From NCBI GenBank assembly GCA_963813335.1, contig CAWEYL010000004.1, forward strand, positions 1 to 64,000: a stretch of 64,000 nt of DNA, read 5' to 3'. Below, piece after piece: positions 9,112 to 18,231 of this stretch (position 1 is the stretch's first letter; each line of letters opens with the position of its first letter). Below the pieces are notes generated by a model. The model ran no database searches. It was not told the DNA's origin and saw only the letters and a list, made by a program, of their open reading frames with translations. Position numbers and translations under genes: made by a program. The stretch comes from an uncultured Chloroflexia bacterium (lineage in GTDB: Bacteria > Chloroflexota > Limnocylindria > Limnocylindrales > CSP1-4).

Positions 9112-10124
9112 CCGCGCCCGGGATCGCGGACCGGGGCTTGTCGGCGACGGGCGGTCCAGTCGTCAGCGGGCCGGCCCGAGCCGATGTCGAAGAGGCGGTC
9201 CTCGTGTCCGTCGAGCGGGCGATGCTCGGTGGTCTCGTCGGCATCCACCTTTACACCGATCCTGCAGCCGACGCCGAGGTCAGGGCTCGGCTCCACGCGG
9301 ACCGACTCCTCGACCGGATGGAGGCATGGGCGGCACGTCTGACCCGCTTCTCCCCGACGTCCGACCTGGTCCGCCTGAATGCCTGGCCGTCGACGCGCGC
9401 CCCGGTCCGCCCGACCCTTGCGGCGGTCATGGACTGGGGACGAGAGGCCCAGGGCCTGAGCGATGGGATCGTCGACATCGCGCTCCTCGACGCACGTCTC
9501 GAGGCCGAGGGGATGGACCCGCCGCCGACCTCGTCAGGGCTCGCGAGCCCGGCGGCCCGCCGCTGGTCGATGGCCCGAGGCCCGCGTCGGACGGACGTGC
9601 TCAGGCCGATCGGCCTGACCTTCGATCTCGATGGCGTCGCCAAGGGCTGGCTCGCCGACCGCGCCCTGCGCCGGCTGGCCGACCACCCATCGGCCGTCGT
9701 CGATGCCGACGGCGACATCGCGATCAGGCTCGGACCCGGCCGGCGGATGCGCTTCGGGGTGGCCGACCCGCGGTCGACGGGCACCCTCGTCGAACTCGAG
9801 CTTGGCGGACCGACGACGGGGGTGGCTCGACAGTTCGGGCTGGCGACGTCCGGGACGTCGGTCCATCGATGGACGGTCGATGGCCGGCGGTCGCACCATC
9901 TCATCGATCCGCGGACAGGTCGTCCCGCCCTGACCGACCTCGTCCAGGCGACCATCCTGGCGGGATCGGCACGCGAGGCCGAGGCGATCGCCAAGACCGC
10001 CGTGATCGTCGGTTCCGAGGCGGCGCTCGAGCGCCTGGACCGCGCCGGGATCCACGCGGCGATCCTCCTGACCGAGCGGGGAGACGTCCTCGTGACCCCG
10101 TCCACCCTGGGCTGGCTCGCATGA
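9108..10124 (+). CDS. apbE: FAD:protein FMN transferase (ApbE family)
   Basis: RFSPTSDLVRLN, FDLDGVAKG, DGDI, ATSG, HHLIDPRTG motifs. Confidence 0.9.
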   Translation: MTAPGIADRGLSATGGPVVSGPARADVEEAVLVSVERAMLGGLVGIHLYTDPAADAEVRARLHADRLLDRMEAWAARLTRFSPTSDLVRLNAWPSTRAPVRPTLAAVMDWGREAQGLSDGIVDIALLDARLEAEGMDPPPTSSGLASPAARRWSMARGPRRTDVLRPIGLTFDLDGVAKGWLADRALRRLADHPSAVVDADGDIAIRLGPGRRMRFGVADPRSTGTLVELELGGPTTGVARQFGLATSGTSVHRWTVDGRRSHHLIDPRTGRPALTDLVQATILAGSAREAEAIAKTAVIVGSEAALERLDRAGIHAAILLTERGDVLVTPSTLGWLA

Positions 10125-10825
10125 AGTTCCGTGGGTTCGACGCGCGCACGCAGGCGACCCGCTGGGGCTTGTTCGCCGTCGCGATCGGCATCGTCGTCGG
10201 CGCGACCGGGCCGACGGCCATCGCGGGGCTCGCGGGCGCGTGGGAGGCGAACCGGTCGAGCCTGCCGTGGATCTTCGAGCGGACGTTCGCGTTCCTGGCC
10301 TATGGCGCCGTCGCGGGCTCGGTGATCTACGGCCTGCTCCTCTCGACGAAGGTCCTCGATGTGGTCGCCCATCGCCCGATCACCTTCGCCCTGCACCAGG
10401 ACCTGGCCTCGTTCGGCGTGGGCCTCGCCGCGATCCACGGGATGCTCCTGGCGCTCGACAAGAGCGTCCCGTTCAGCCTCGCCCAGATCGCCGTTCCCGG
10501 GCTGGCCCCGTACGCACCGATGTGGGTCGCGGTCGGCCAGGTCGCGTTCTACCTGATGGCCGCCGTCCTCGCGAGCTTCTACCTTCGGCGGCGGATCGGG
10601 CAGCGCGCCTGGCGCCTCTTCCACTACCTGACGTTCTTCGCGTTCATCGGGGCGACGGCGCATGGGCTCGGGGCCGGCACCGACAGCGCCTCTCCCTGGG
10701 CCTGGTGGCTCTACGTCGGGTCGTCCGTGGTCGTCGTGTTCCTGTTCGTCTACCGAGTCGCGAGCGCCGTCGCCGGGCGGTCAGCGCGCCCGGCCCGGAC
10801 GACGGGGCGGATCGGGACCGCGTAA
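10121..10825 (+). CDS. ferric reductase-like/MsrQ-like transmembrane heme b protein
   Basis: multiple TM segments with four His in TM-proximal positions; RRRIG.RAWRLFHYL motif. Confidence 0.82.
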   Translation: MKFRGFDARTQATRWGLFAVAIGIVVGATGPTAIAGLAGAWEANRSSLPWIFERTFAFLAYGAVAGSVIYGLLLSTKVLDVVAHRPITFALHQDLASFGVGLAAIHGMLLALDKSVPFSLAQIAVPGLAPYAPMWVAVGQVAFYLMAAVLASFYLRRRIGQRAWRLFHYLTFFAFIGATAHGLGAGTDSASPWAWWLYVGSSVVVVFLFVYRVASAVAGRSARPARTTGRIGTA

Positions 10826-10891
10826 GGCCCGATGGCCCCCTTTGAAGGGGCAGTCCGGCCGGGGTGCGCGCCGCGAGCGCGGCCATAGACT
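10825..10891 (+). promoter_or_regulatory. paired DosR-like boxes and leaderless -10
   Basis: AGGCCCGATGGCCC (10825), GGGCAGTCCGGCCG (10848), TAGACT (10886) 6 nt before ATG. Confidence 0.55.
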
Positions 10892-10897
10892 CGGTCG

Positions 10898-13321
10898 ATG
10901 AGCGCTACGTCGCCCGACGCGCCACTGCGCGTGGCCAGCGATCCGCCGGTGAGCTCGATCGACCGGGCTCGCCACCTCGTCGACCGCGCCATCCTGCCGC
11001 TGACCGTGGCGGGGCTGCTGGCCGGCATGGCGCTGACGTGGGCCGGGAACGCCGAGGCGGCCGCCCTCGCGTGGACGATCCCGTCCGTCGTGGTCGCGGT
11101 ACGCCTCGCATGGGCGATCGTGCGCGATCTGCTGCGCGGCGAGTTCGGCGTCGACCTCATCGCGATCCTCGCCATCGCGGGTGCGCTCCTGCTCGGCGAG
11201 CCGTTCGCCGCAGCGGTCATCGCCGTCATGCTCGCGACCGGTGAGGCGCTGGAGCGCTACGCACAGGGCCGCGCGCACCGCGAACTGACCGCGCTGCTCG
11301 GACGGGCACCGCGGGACGTCCAGCGCTATCTCGACGGCCGGCTCGAGACGACCCCGATCGAGGCCGTCGTCCCCGGTGACCTGCTGGCGATCCGCCCTGG
11401 CGAGGTGGTGCCCGTCGACGGGATGGTCGTCGGGAATCCAGCGGTCCTCGACGAATCCGCGCTCACCGGCGAGTCCCGGCTGGTGACCCGCGAGGAGGGC
11501 GACCAGGTCTCCTCCGGGACCGTCAACGCCGGGTCCTCATTCGACCTTCGCGCCGCCGCGACGGCCGCCGAGAGCGCCTACGCCGGGATCGTCCGTCTCG
11601 TCCAGGAGGCCCAGGGGAGCAAGGCGCCGTTCGTCCGCCTCGCGGACCGCTATGCCCTCATCTTCGTCCCGTTCACGCTGGCCATCTCGGCGGCGGCCTG
11701 GCTCGTCTCCGGCGACCCCGTCCGCGGGCTGGCGGTGCTGGTCGTGGCGACGCCGTGCCCGCTCCTGCTCGCGGCGCCGATCGCGATCGTCGCGGGGATC
11801 TCCCGTGCGGCCCGGCGCGGCGTGATCGTCAAGGGCGGCGGACCGCTCGAGGCGCTCGCGCGGTCACGGGTCATCCTGTTCGACAAGACCGGGACGCTGA
11901 CCGCCGGCCGGCCACGGCTGGCCACGATCGACGTCGGTCCGGCCACGGAGCCCGGAGCCATCGACCAGGGCGAGGTCCTTCGGCTGGCGGCCTCGGTCGA
12001 GCAGCTGTCGCCGCATGTGCTCGCCGGGTCGATCGTCCACGGAGCCCGCGAGCGGGACCTCGAGCTGTCGATGCCGGACGACGTCGTCGAGACGCCGGGG
12101 GCCGGCGTGATCGGCCGGGTCGAGGGCCGGCAGGTCGCGGTGGGGACGGCCGAGTTCTGTGCCGGCCCAGGCGGGTTGCCGCGCTGGGCACGCGACGTCC
12201 GGCGCCGGGCGGCGATCGAGGGATCGACCTGCGCCTTCATCCGGATCGACGACACCGTCCGCGGCGCGCTGGTGATGGACGACCCGCTCCGCCCCGAAAC
12301 CCCGCGGGCGATCCGCTCGCTGCGGCGGATCGGCTTCACCCGGATCGTGATGGTCACCGGCGACAACGCGTCCGTCGCGGACACCATCGGGTCGGCCATC
12401 GGCGTGGACGTGATCCTGGCCGATCGCGTGCCGACCGAGAAGGTCGATGCCGTCCGGGCCGAGCGGTCGGACGCCACCGGGCCGATCGTGATGGTCGGCG
12501 ATGGGCTCAACGACGCCCCCGCGCTCGCACTCGCCGACGTCGGCGTGGCGATGGGCGCCCGGGGCGCGAGCGCGTCCTCCGAGGCAGCCGACATCGTCAT
12601 CACGGTGGACCGGCTCGATCGCCTCACCGAGGCCGTCCAGATCGCGCGCCGGGCGCGCATGATCGCCGTGCAGAGCGTGGTCTTCGGGATGGCGATGTCG
12701 ATCGTCGCGATGGGCGCCGCGGCCGTCGGGCTCCTCCCCGTCGTCGCCGGGGCGATCCTCCAGGAGGCCATCGACGTCATCGTGATCCTCAACGCGCTGC
12801 GCGCCGTGCGCGGCGGCGTGGAGGTCCCGGTCCAGATCCCCGGCTGGACCGAGACCAGCGCCGGGCTGCGGGCTGCGCACATCGCGCTCGAACCGGATAT
12901 CGCCCGGATCCGAGCGACGGCCGATGTCCTCGACAGCCTCCCGCCGGCGGCCGCCCTGGCCGCCCTGGAGGGGATCCGGCGCTTCGTGTCGGATGACCTC
13001 CTGCCGCACGAGGAGCTGGAGGATCGGACCATCTACCCGATGCTCGCCGCGGCGATGGGCTCGGACGACGCGACGGCGTCCATGCACGGGACGCACCAGG
13101 AGATCTTCCGGCGCGCGCGGCTGCTCGATCGCCTGGTCCGCGACCTCCCGTCGGAGGGGCCGAGCGACGGCGACCGGACGGACCTCCAGCGCCTCCTGTA
13201 CGGGATGGAGGCGATCCTTCGCCTGCACCAGGCGCAGGAAGAGGACCTCTACCACTCGATCGGCGACAGCGCCGCGCCGACCGGCCGGCCGACCTCCGCG
13301 GCGGAGCCAGCCCGCTCCTGA
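10898..13321 (+). CDS. heavy-metal P-type ATPase (P1B-5) with C-terminal hemerythrin domain
   Basis: TGES, TPCPL, DKTGT, GDGLND, QEAID; C-terminal H..HEELED..H..H..EE. Confidence 0.9.
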   Translation: MSATSPDAPLRVASDPPVSSIDRARHLVDRAILPLTVAGLLAGMALTWAGNAEAAALAWTIPSVVVAVRLAWAIVRDLLRGEFGVDLIAILAIAGALLLGEPFAAAVIAVMLATGEALERYAQGRAHRELTALLGRAPRDVQRYLDGRLETTPIEAVVPGDLLAIRPGEVVPVDGMVVGNPAVLDESALTGESRLVTREEGDQVSSGTVNAGSSFDLRAAATAAESAYAGIVRLVQEAQGSKAPFVRLADRYALIFVPFTLAISAAAWLVSGDPVRGLAVLVVATPCPLLLAAPIAIVAGISRAARRGVIVKGGGPLEALARSRVILFDKTGTLTAGRPRLATIDVGPATEPGAIDQGEVLRLAASVEQLSPHVLAGSIVHGARERDLELSMPDDVVETPGAGVIGRVEGRQVAVGTAEFCAGPGGLPRWARDVRRRAAIEGSTCAFIRIDDTVRGALVMDDPLRPETPRAIRSLRRIGFTRIVMVTGDNASVADTIGSAIGVDVILADRVPTEKVDAVRAERSDATGPIVMVGDGLNDAPALALADVGVAMGARGASASSEAADIVITVDRLDRLTEAVQIARRARMIAVQSVVFGMAMSIVAMGAAAVGLLPVVAGAILQEAIDVIVILNALRAVRGGVEVPVQIPGWTETSAGLRAAHIALEPDIARIRATADVLDSLPPAAALAALEGIRRFVSDDLLPHEELEDRTIYPMLAAAMGSDDATASMHGTHQEIFRRARLLDRLVRDLPSEGPSDGDRTDLQRLLYGMEAILRLHQAQEEDLYHSIGDSAAPTGRPTSAAEPARS

Positions 13322-13357
13322 GCCGGGCGCGCGATCACCCTGCCCGAGCGGGTCGGC

Positions 13358-14578
13358 TCAGGTCGTCAGGCGGATCTCCCCGGTCGCCTGATCGATATGG
13401 ATCGGCAGCGCGGTCAGCGGCTGGTCGGTCGGGCCGGCGATGGCCCGGGCACCATGTTTCGGATCGAACGTCGCGCCGTGGCACGGGCAGATCAGCAGGC
13501 TCGACGATGGGTCGTACTCGACCTCGCAGCCCGCGTGGGTGCAGGTCAGGTCGTATGCGACCAGCTTGCCGCTCGGCAGCAGCAGCACGGCGCTCGGGTC
13601 GCCGGTCGTCGGATCGGCGAAGCCAAGGGGGCGGTCGCGGGTGACATGGCTGACGCTGCCGATGACCGTGCCGGTCGGCGGCGGGGTCGCGGCGGCCGCG
13701 GCGGGCGCGGGGCTCGCCCCGACCGACGCAGCGGGGGTCGGTCGTGGCGCGGCCGCCCCGGTCGAACCGTTCGATCCGGTCGACCCGTTCGACCCGGTCG
13801 ATGCCAGCCCGGGTCCTCGCCCGGTCGGACCGTGGAGGACCGGCCCGAGCAGCCCCGCCGCCGACGCCAGCAGGATCGCGACGCCGCCGATGACGCCGGC
13901 TTCGAGGAACGCTCGCCTCGTCACATCCATCTCGGGCTCGGGGATCGGTCGGCCCCGGGCGGTCGCGAGTCGAAGCCGCTCCAGCTCACGAGGCGTCAAT
14001 GGCGGTCCGGGCGCCGGGAGCCATGCGCCGATCGTGAACATCCCGCCGGTGCCGGCGAGGGCCAGGGTGATCCACCCGATGGCGTACGGCAGGTCCGGCC
14101 CGTAGTAGTAGGGCTTGACGGCCCAGGACGCGGTCAGCCAGAACATGATCGCGAGGAGCGCGCCGAGTGCCGCACTCGCCCTGAAGAGGAGTCCGGTCAG
14201 CGTGCCCACGCCGACGGCGATCTCGGCCAGGCTGATCCCGAGGCCGACGGCGACTGGGAACGGTTCGCCGAGGACGACCACCAGCGGCCCGAGCGGCGAG
14301 TTGTGGGCGAACGCAGCCATCTGCGCGCCGATGGACCCGGGACCGCTCGCGTGAAGGAAGGCCGGGTCGAGGAGCTTGTCGAGGCCGGCGTACAGGAACG
14401 TCACGCCGAGGAAGATCCGCAGCGGCAGCAGGGCGGCAGGCGGGATCCCGACGAGTCGCCTGGTCTCGGGCTGCCAGGCGTCGACGGGGCCCACGGTCGC
14501 TGCTGGCGTTCCCGGACGGGCGACGAAATCGGGTCCACGGGGCGATACCCGTTGTCTGGCGCGGCCGCGAGCACTCAT
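13358..14578 (-). CDS. DoxX/TQO-family membrane domain fused to a Rieske 2Fe-2S domain
   Basis: PLRIFLGVTFLYAGLDK; internal TRRAFL; CTHAGC and CPCHG; AGGAG RBS. Confidence 0.85.
   Translation of the reverse strand: MSARGRARQRVSPRGPDFVARPGTPAATVGPVDAWQPETRRLVGIPPAALLPLRIFLGVTFLYAGLDKLLDPAFLHASGPGSIGAQMAAFAHNSPLGPLVVVLGEPFPVAVGLGISLAEIAVGVGTLTGLLFRASAALGALLAIMFWLTASWAVKPYYYGPDLPYAIGWITLALAGTGGMFTIGAWLPAPGPPLTPRELERLRLATARGRPIPEPEMDVTRRAFLEAGVIGGVAILLASAAGLLGPVLHGPTGRGPGLASTGSNGSTGSNGSTGAAAPRPTPAASVGASPAPAAAAATPPPTGTVIGSVSHVTRDRPLGFADPTTGDPSAVLLLPSGKLVAYDLTCTHAGCEVEYDPSSSLLICPCHGATFDPKHGARAIAGPTDQPLTALPIHIDQATGEIRLTT
13758..13802. repeat. 18-bp tandem repeat (about 2.5 copies) encoding an STGSNG linker
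   Basis: CCGGTCGA(A/C)CCGTTCGA(T/C) repeated. Confidence 0.6.
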
Positions 14579-14617
14579 GGATCTCCTCGTTGGCGGAGCC
14601 CGAGCGTGGGCCGCGAC

Positions 14618-14634
14618 CCTGAGACCCAGATGAA
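14618..14634 (-). promoter_or_regulatory. direct repeat pair with 11-bp period
   Basis: minus-strand TTCATC and CTCAGG upstream of the DoxX-Rieske gene. Confidence 0.4.
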
Positions 14635-14755
14635 TCGGCCGGGGACGGTCCGGGCGTCGGGGAGGCATCGGCGGCCTCCGGGCGCCGATGCGGCTACGAT
14701 CGGCGAGGAGGCGCCCGGGACCGGGCTCGCCATCGATCATGGAAGGTGTGTCGGC

Positions 14756-15445
14756 GTGCGGATCCTCGTCGTCGAGGATGAACCCGCGATCTCCGCCGCG
14801 GTGCGCACGGCGCTCGCGGCGAGCGGCCACGCCGTCGACGTCGCCGAAGACGGCCTCGAGGCGATCGACTGGGTGGAGTCGTATCCGTACGACCTCCTGA
14901 TCCTCGACGTCGTCCTCCCGGGGCTGGACGGGTTCGGTGTCTGCGCGCGGGTCCGGGAACGGGGCCTCACTGTCCCGATCCTGATGCTGACCGCGCTCGA
15001 CACGCTCCAGGATCGCGTCACCGGACTCGACCGCGGGGCCGACGACTACCTGGTCAAGCCGTTCGCCATGGCCGAGCTGCGCGCCCGGGTCCGCGCCCTC
15101 GCGCGTCGCGGGACCGAAGGGCGGTTGCCCACGATCAAGGTCCACGACCTCGAGCTCGACCCGGCCACGCAGGTGGTCCGCCGGGGCAGTGCGACCATCG
15201 ACCTGTCGGTCCGCGAATACGCCATGCTCGAGCTCTTCGCCAGGCACCCCGGGCATGTCTTCCACCGCGATCGGCTGATCGACAAGCTCTGGAACGCCGA
15301 CTTCTCGCCCGAATCGAACATCGTCGAGGTCTACGTCCGCAACCTCCGGCGCAAGATCGACGGCGGCCGCAGGAATGGGCTCATCCAGACCGTCCGGGGA
15401 TCCGGCTACCGCCTGCGGGCGGACCCACCACCGCCGCCGCGCTGA
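14756..15445 (+). CDS. OmpR/PhoB family response regulator
   Basis: RILVVEDE, GADDYLVKPF, TVRGSGY. Confidence 0.92.
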   Translation: MRILVVEDEPAISAAVRTALAASGHAVDVAEDGLEAIDWVESYPYDLLILDVVLPGLDGFGVCARVRERGLTVPILMLTALDTLQDRVTGLDRGADDYLVKPFAMAELRARVRALARRGTEGRLPTIKVHDLELDPATQVVRRGSATIDLSVREYAMLELFARHPGHVFHRDRLIDKLWNADFSPESNIVEVYVRNLRRKIDGGRRNGLIQTVRGSGYRLRADPPPPPR

Positions 15446-16431
15446 TGTTCGACCGCGCTCGGTATCGACTGACCCTGCTCTACATCGCGATCTTCGTGAT
15501 CGTCCTCGGCGTCTTCAGCGCGGTCTTCTACGTCGTGCTCGCGACGGTCCTGCAACCGACCCTTGACGTCGACCCGGACGTCCCCGACCTCGCCGCGGCA
15601 CAGATCGCCTACGCGGCCACCATCCAGCGGATCGGCATCGCCTTGATCGCGGCCGACATCGCCGTGGTCGGGCTCGTCGGGGTCGTCGCGTGGCTGCTCG
15701 CGACCAGGACGCTCCGCCCCATCCAGGACGCCCACCGGCGGCAGCGCCGGTTCGTGGCCGACGCCTCGCACGAGATGCGGACGCCGCTCGCGGGGATCCG
15801 CGCCACCGCCGAGGGGGCACTGGAGAGCGATGGCTCGACCGCGGAGATGCGCTCGAGTCTCGAGGCGATCGTCGAGTCGACCGAGCGGATGGCGCGGCTG
15901 ACCGACGACCTGCTGCTCCTGGCCCGGACGGACGACCGGCTCCTCGAGCCGCGACTCGAGACGTTCGACCTGTCCGTCGCGGTCGCCGAGGTCCTCGATG
16001 CGGTCCGGCAGGCATCGCCCGCGGGTCGACCAGCCGAGGTGCGGCTGGCCCCGGACCTTCTCGTCTCAGGCGACGCCGAAGGGGTACGACGGGCGGTGGC
16101 CAACCTGATCGACAACGCCTATCGATATGGCGGGCCTGAAGCGACGGTGCAGGTCACGACGCGGGCGTCGGATGGCGACGCGGTCGTCGAGGTCGCCGAT
16201 GACGGGCCGGGGATCCCGGCGGCCGATCTGTCCCGGATCTTCGACCCGTTCTATCGCGTCCGGGCCGACGCCGGCGCTCCGGCAGGGAGCGGTTTGGGGC
16301 TCGCGATCGCGCGAGGCATCGTGGAACGGAGCGGGGGCAGCCTGTCGGCGGCCAGCAAGCTCGGTGCCGGGACCACGTTCCTGCTCACCCTGCCCAGGTC
16401 GGACGCGCGGACGGCGCGATCGGGTCATTGA
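15445..16431 (+). CDS. membrane sensor histidine kinase
   Basis: two TM segments, ADASHEMRTP, DNA, DDGPGI, GSGLGL. Confidence 0.92.
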   Translation: MFDRARYRLTLLYIAIFVIVLGVFSAVFYVVLATVLQPTLDVDPDVPDLAAAQIAYAATIQRIGIALIAADIAVVGLVGVVAWLLATRTLRPIQDAHRRQRRFVADASHEMRTPLAGIRATAEGALESDGSTAEMRSSLEAIVESTERMARLTDDLLLLARTDDRLLEPRLETFDLSVAVAEVLDAVRQASPAGRPAEVRLAPDLLVSGDAEGVRRAVANLIDNAYRYGGPEATVQVTTRASDGDAVVEVADDGPGIPAADLSRIFDPFYRVRADAGAPAGSGLGLAIARGIVERSGGSLSAASKLGAGTTFLLTLPRSDARTARSGH

Positions 16432-16608
16432 CCCGTTGGCCAGATGCGGCCCCTCGGCTCATCGCCCGAGCGTCACGGTGAACTCGTCCCGGTCGGCCTC
16501 CACCACGATGACCGTCGCCCGATCGGGGCCTGACTGGCGCTGGACCAGCCGGCCGCCCGCGATGGGATCAGGGGTGTCGGGCGCGAGCAGTGGCTACACT
16601 TCGCCGCT

Positions 16609-18198
16609 GTGAGCACACGTACCTTGACGCTCGGGGGCACGAGCTACCCGCTGGTCCTGCCGAGCATCCGCGATCCCCGCCTCCACGTGGCGTCGGTGAT
16701 CATCACGATCCACGTGCTCGGGCAGGTCGGGCTCCACTTCCGGGTCAGCGTGCCGCAGATCCTGGCCGCGATCATCGCCACCGCCGTCATCGAAGTGGCG
16801 CTGACGTTCCGCCAGACCCGCTCGTTCGTGTGGCCGGCGAGCGCGATGCTGACCGGGAGCGGCGTCGCCCTGATCCTGCGGGTCGTCGGGACGCCGCCGG
16901 ACGACCCCTGGAACACCGACGCCTGGTACGTGTTCGCGGGCGTCGCGGCGTTCGCGCTCCTGACCAAGTACGTCATCAAGTACCGCGGGACCCACGTCTT
17001 CAACCCGTCCAACATCGGGTTGGTCGTCGCGTTCGTGGTGCTCGGCAGCACGCGCGTCGAGCCGCTGGACTTCTGGTGGGCGCCGCTGAACATCTGGATG
17101 ATCGCGGCCTACGCGGTGATCATCGGGGGCGGGCTGCTGATCACCCGGCGCCTGCGGCTGCTGGTCCTCGCAGCCGCGTTCTGGCTCGCCCTGAACCTCG
17201 GCATCGGGACGCTCGCCGCGTCCGGGCACTGCATGGTCGCGAACTGGTCGTTCACCCCGGTCTGCGGCGTCGACTACTGGCGGGTCATCGTCACCTCGCC
17301 GGAGGTCCTGATCTTCCTCTTCTTCATGATCACCGACCCCAAGACGGTCCCGGCCGGACAGGTCGGGCGGGTCCTCTTCGGCATCCTCGTCGCGGTGACC
17401 AGCACGCTCCTGATGGCGCCGCAGACGAACGAGTACGGCACCAAGGTGGGGCTGCTGGCCGGGCTGGTCCTGGTGTGCGCGGCGCGCCCCGTGCTCGACC
17501 GGCTGGTGCCCGAGCCGCGCTCCGCGGCCGACGACGTCGGGCGGTTCGCGACCCGGGTGGCGACCGGTGGGACCGGGGCCGGGCTGGCCCGCGGCGCGGC
17601 ACGGGTCGGGCTGATCGTCGGGGCCGTCCTCGTCCTGGGGGTCGGCATCGTGATGGCCGGCACGCCGGCGCGCGGGACGACCGGACCGGACGTGGCCGAG
17701 GTCCTCGACCGGGTGCCCCACCAGATCGACCCCTCGACGTTCCCGTCGATCGCGGTCGGCCAGGACGTCACCGACTTCGACCACACCATGGCCGGCCCGG
17801 GCGCCCAGCAGCTCCTGCTGACGGTCGCCGAGAACCTCGAGCTCGAGAACCAGGCCCTGCTGCGCAAGGACGGGTCGATCCTGACCGCGGTCGACCACGG
17901 CGACCGGCTCCTGGACCTGCAGGCGCGGCTGAAGACGGCGACCGAGACCGGGACGACGACCGTCCGGCACTACCACATGGACGACGTCTCGATGTCGCTG
18001 CTGCTGCCGTTCGGCAAGCAAACTGGCCTGAGCATCGGCATCCACGCCAAAGGAACCGTGACCGAGGAGACCTACGACGCGGCGGGGACGCTGCAGTCGA
18101 GCGAAGCGAAGCCGTTCGACACGGTGTTCGTGACGCGCCGGGCGACGGGTGGACGCTGGCTCAACGTGGCCGAGCTGCCACCCGGCTCCAAGGGCTGA
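16609..18198 (+). CDS. RnfD/NqrB-like membrane domain protein with an extracytoplasmic C-terminal domain
   Basis: DPR, HVFNPSNIG, FFMITDPKT motifs; about 10 TM segments. Confidence 0.7.
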   Translation: MSTRTLTLGGTSYPLVLPSIRDPRLHVASVIITIHVLGQVGLHFRVSVPQILAAIIATAVIEVALTFRQTRSFVWPASAMLTGSGVALILRVVGTPPDDPWNTDAWYVFAGVAAFALLTKYVIKYRGTHVFNPSNIGLVVAFVVLGSTRVEPLDFWWAPLNIWMIAAYAVIIGGGLLITRRLRLLVLAAAFWLALNLGIGTLAASGHCMVANWSFTPVCGVDYWRVIVTSPEVLIFLFFMITDPKTVPAGQVGRVLFGILVAVTSTLLMAPQTNEYGTKVGLLAGLVLVCAARPVLDRLVPEPRSAADDVGRFATRVATGGTGAGLARGAARVGLIVGAVLVLGVGIVMAGTPARGTTGPDVAEVLDRVPHQIDPSTFPSIAVGQDVTDFDHTMAGPGAQQLLLTVAENLELENQALLRKDGSILTAVDHGDRLLDLQARLKTATETGTTTVRHYHMDDVSMSLLLPFGKQTGLSIGIHAKGTVTEETYDAAGTLQSSEAKPFDTVFVTRRATGGRWLNVAELPPGSKG

Positions 18199-18231
18199 GC
18201 GCCGGACGCGAGCCCCGGGCGCTCGCGACGG

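Noticed and set aside
8718-10124. 468-aa membrane-anchored ApbE as listed in the ORF track
   Set aside because: Better explained by a frameshifted small gene plus a separate apbE starting at the GTGA overlap at 9108.
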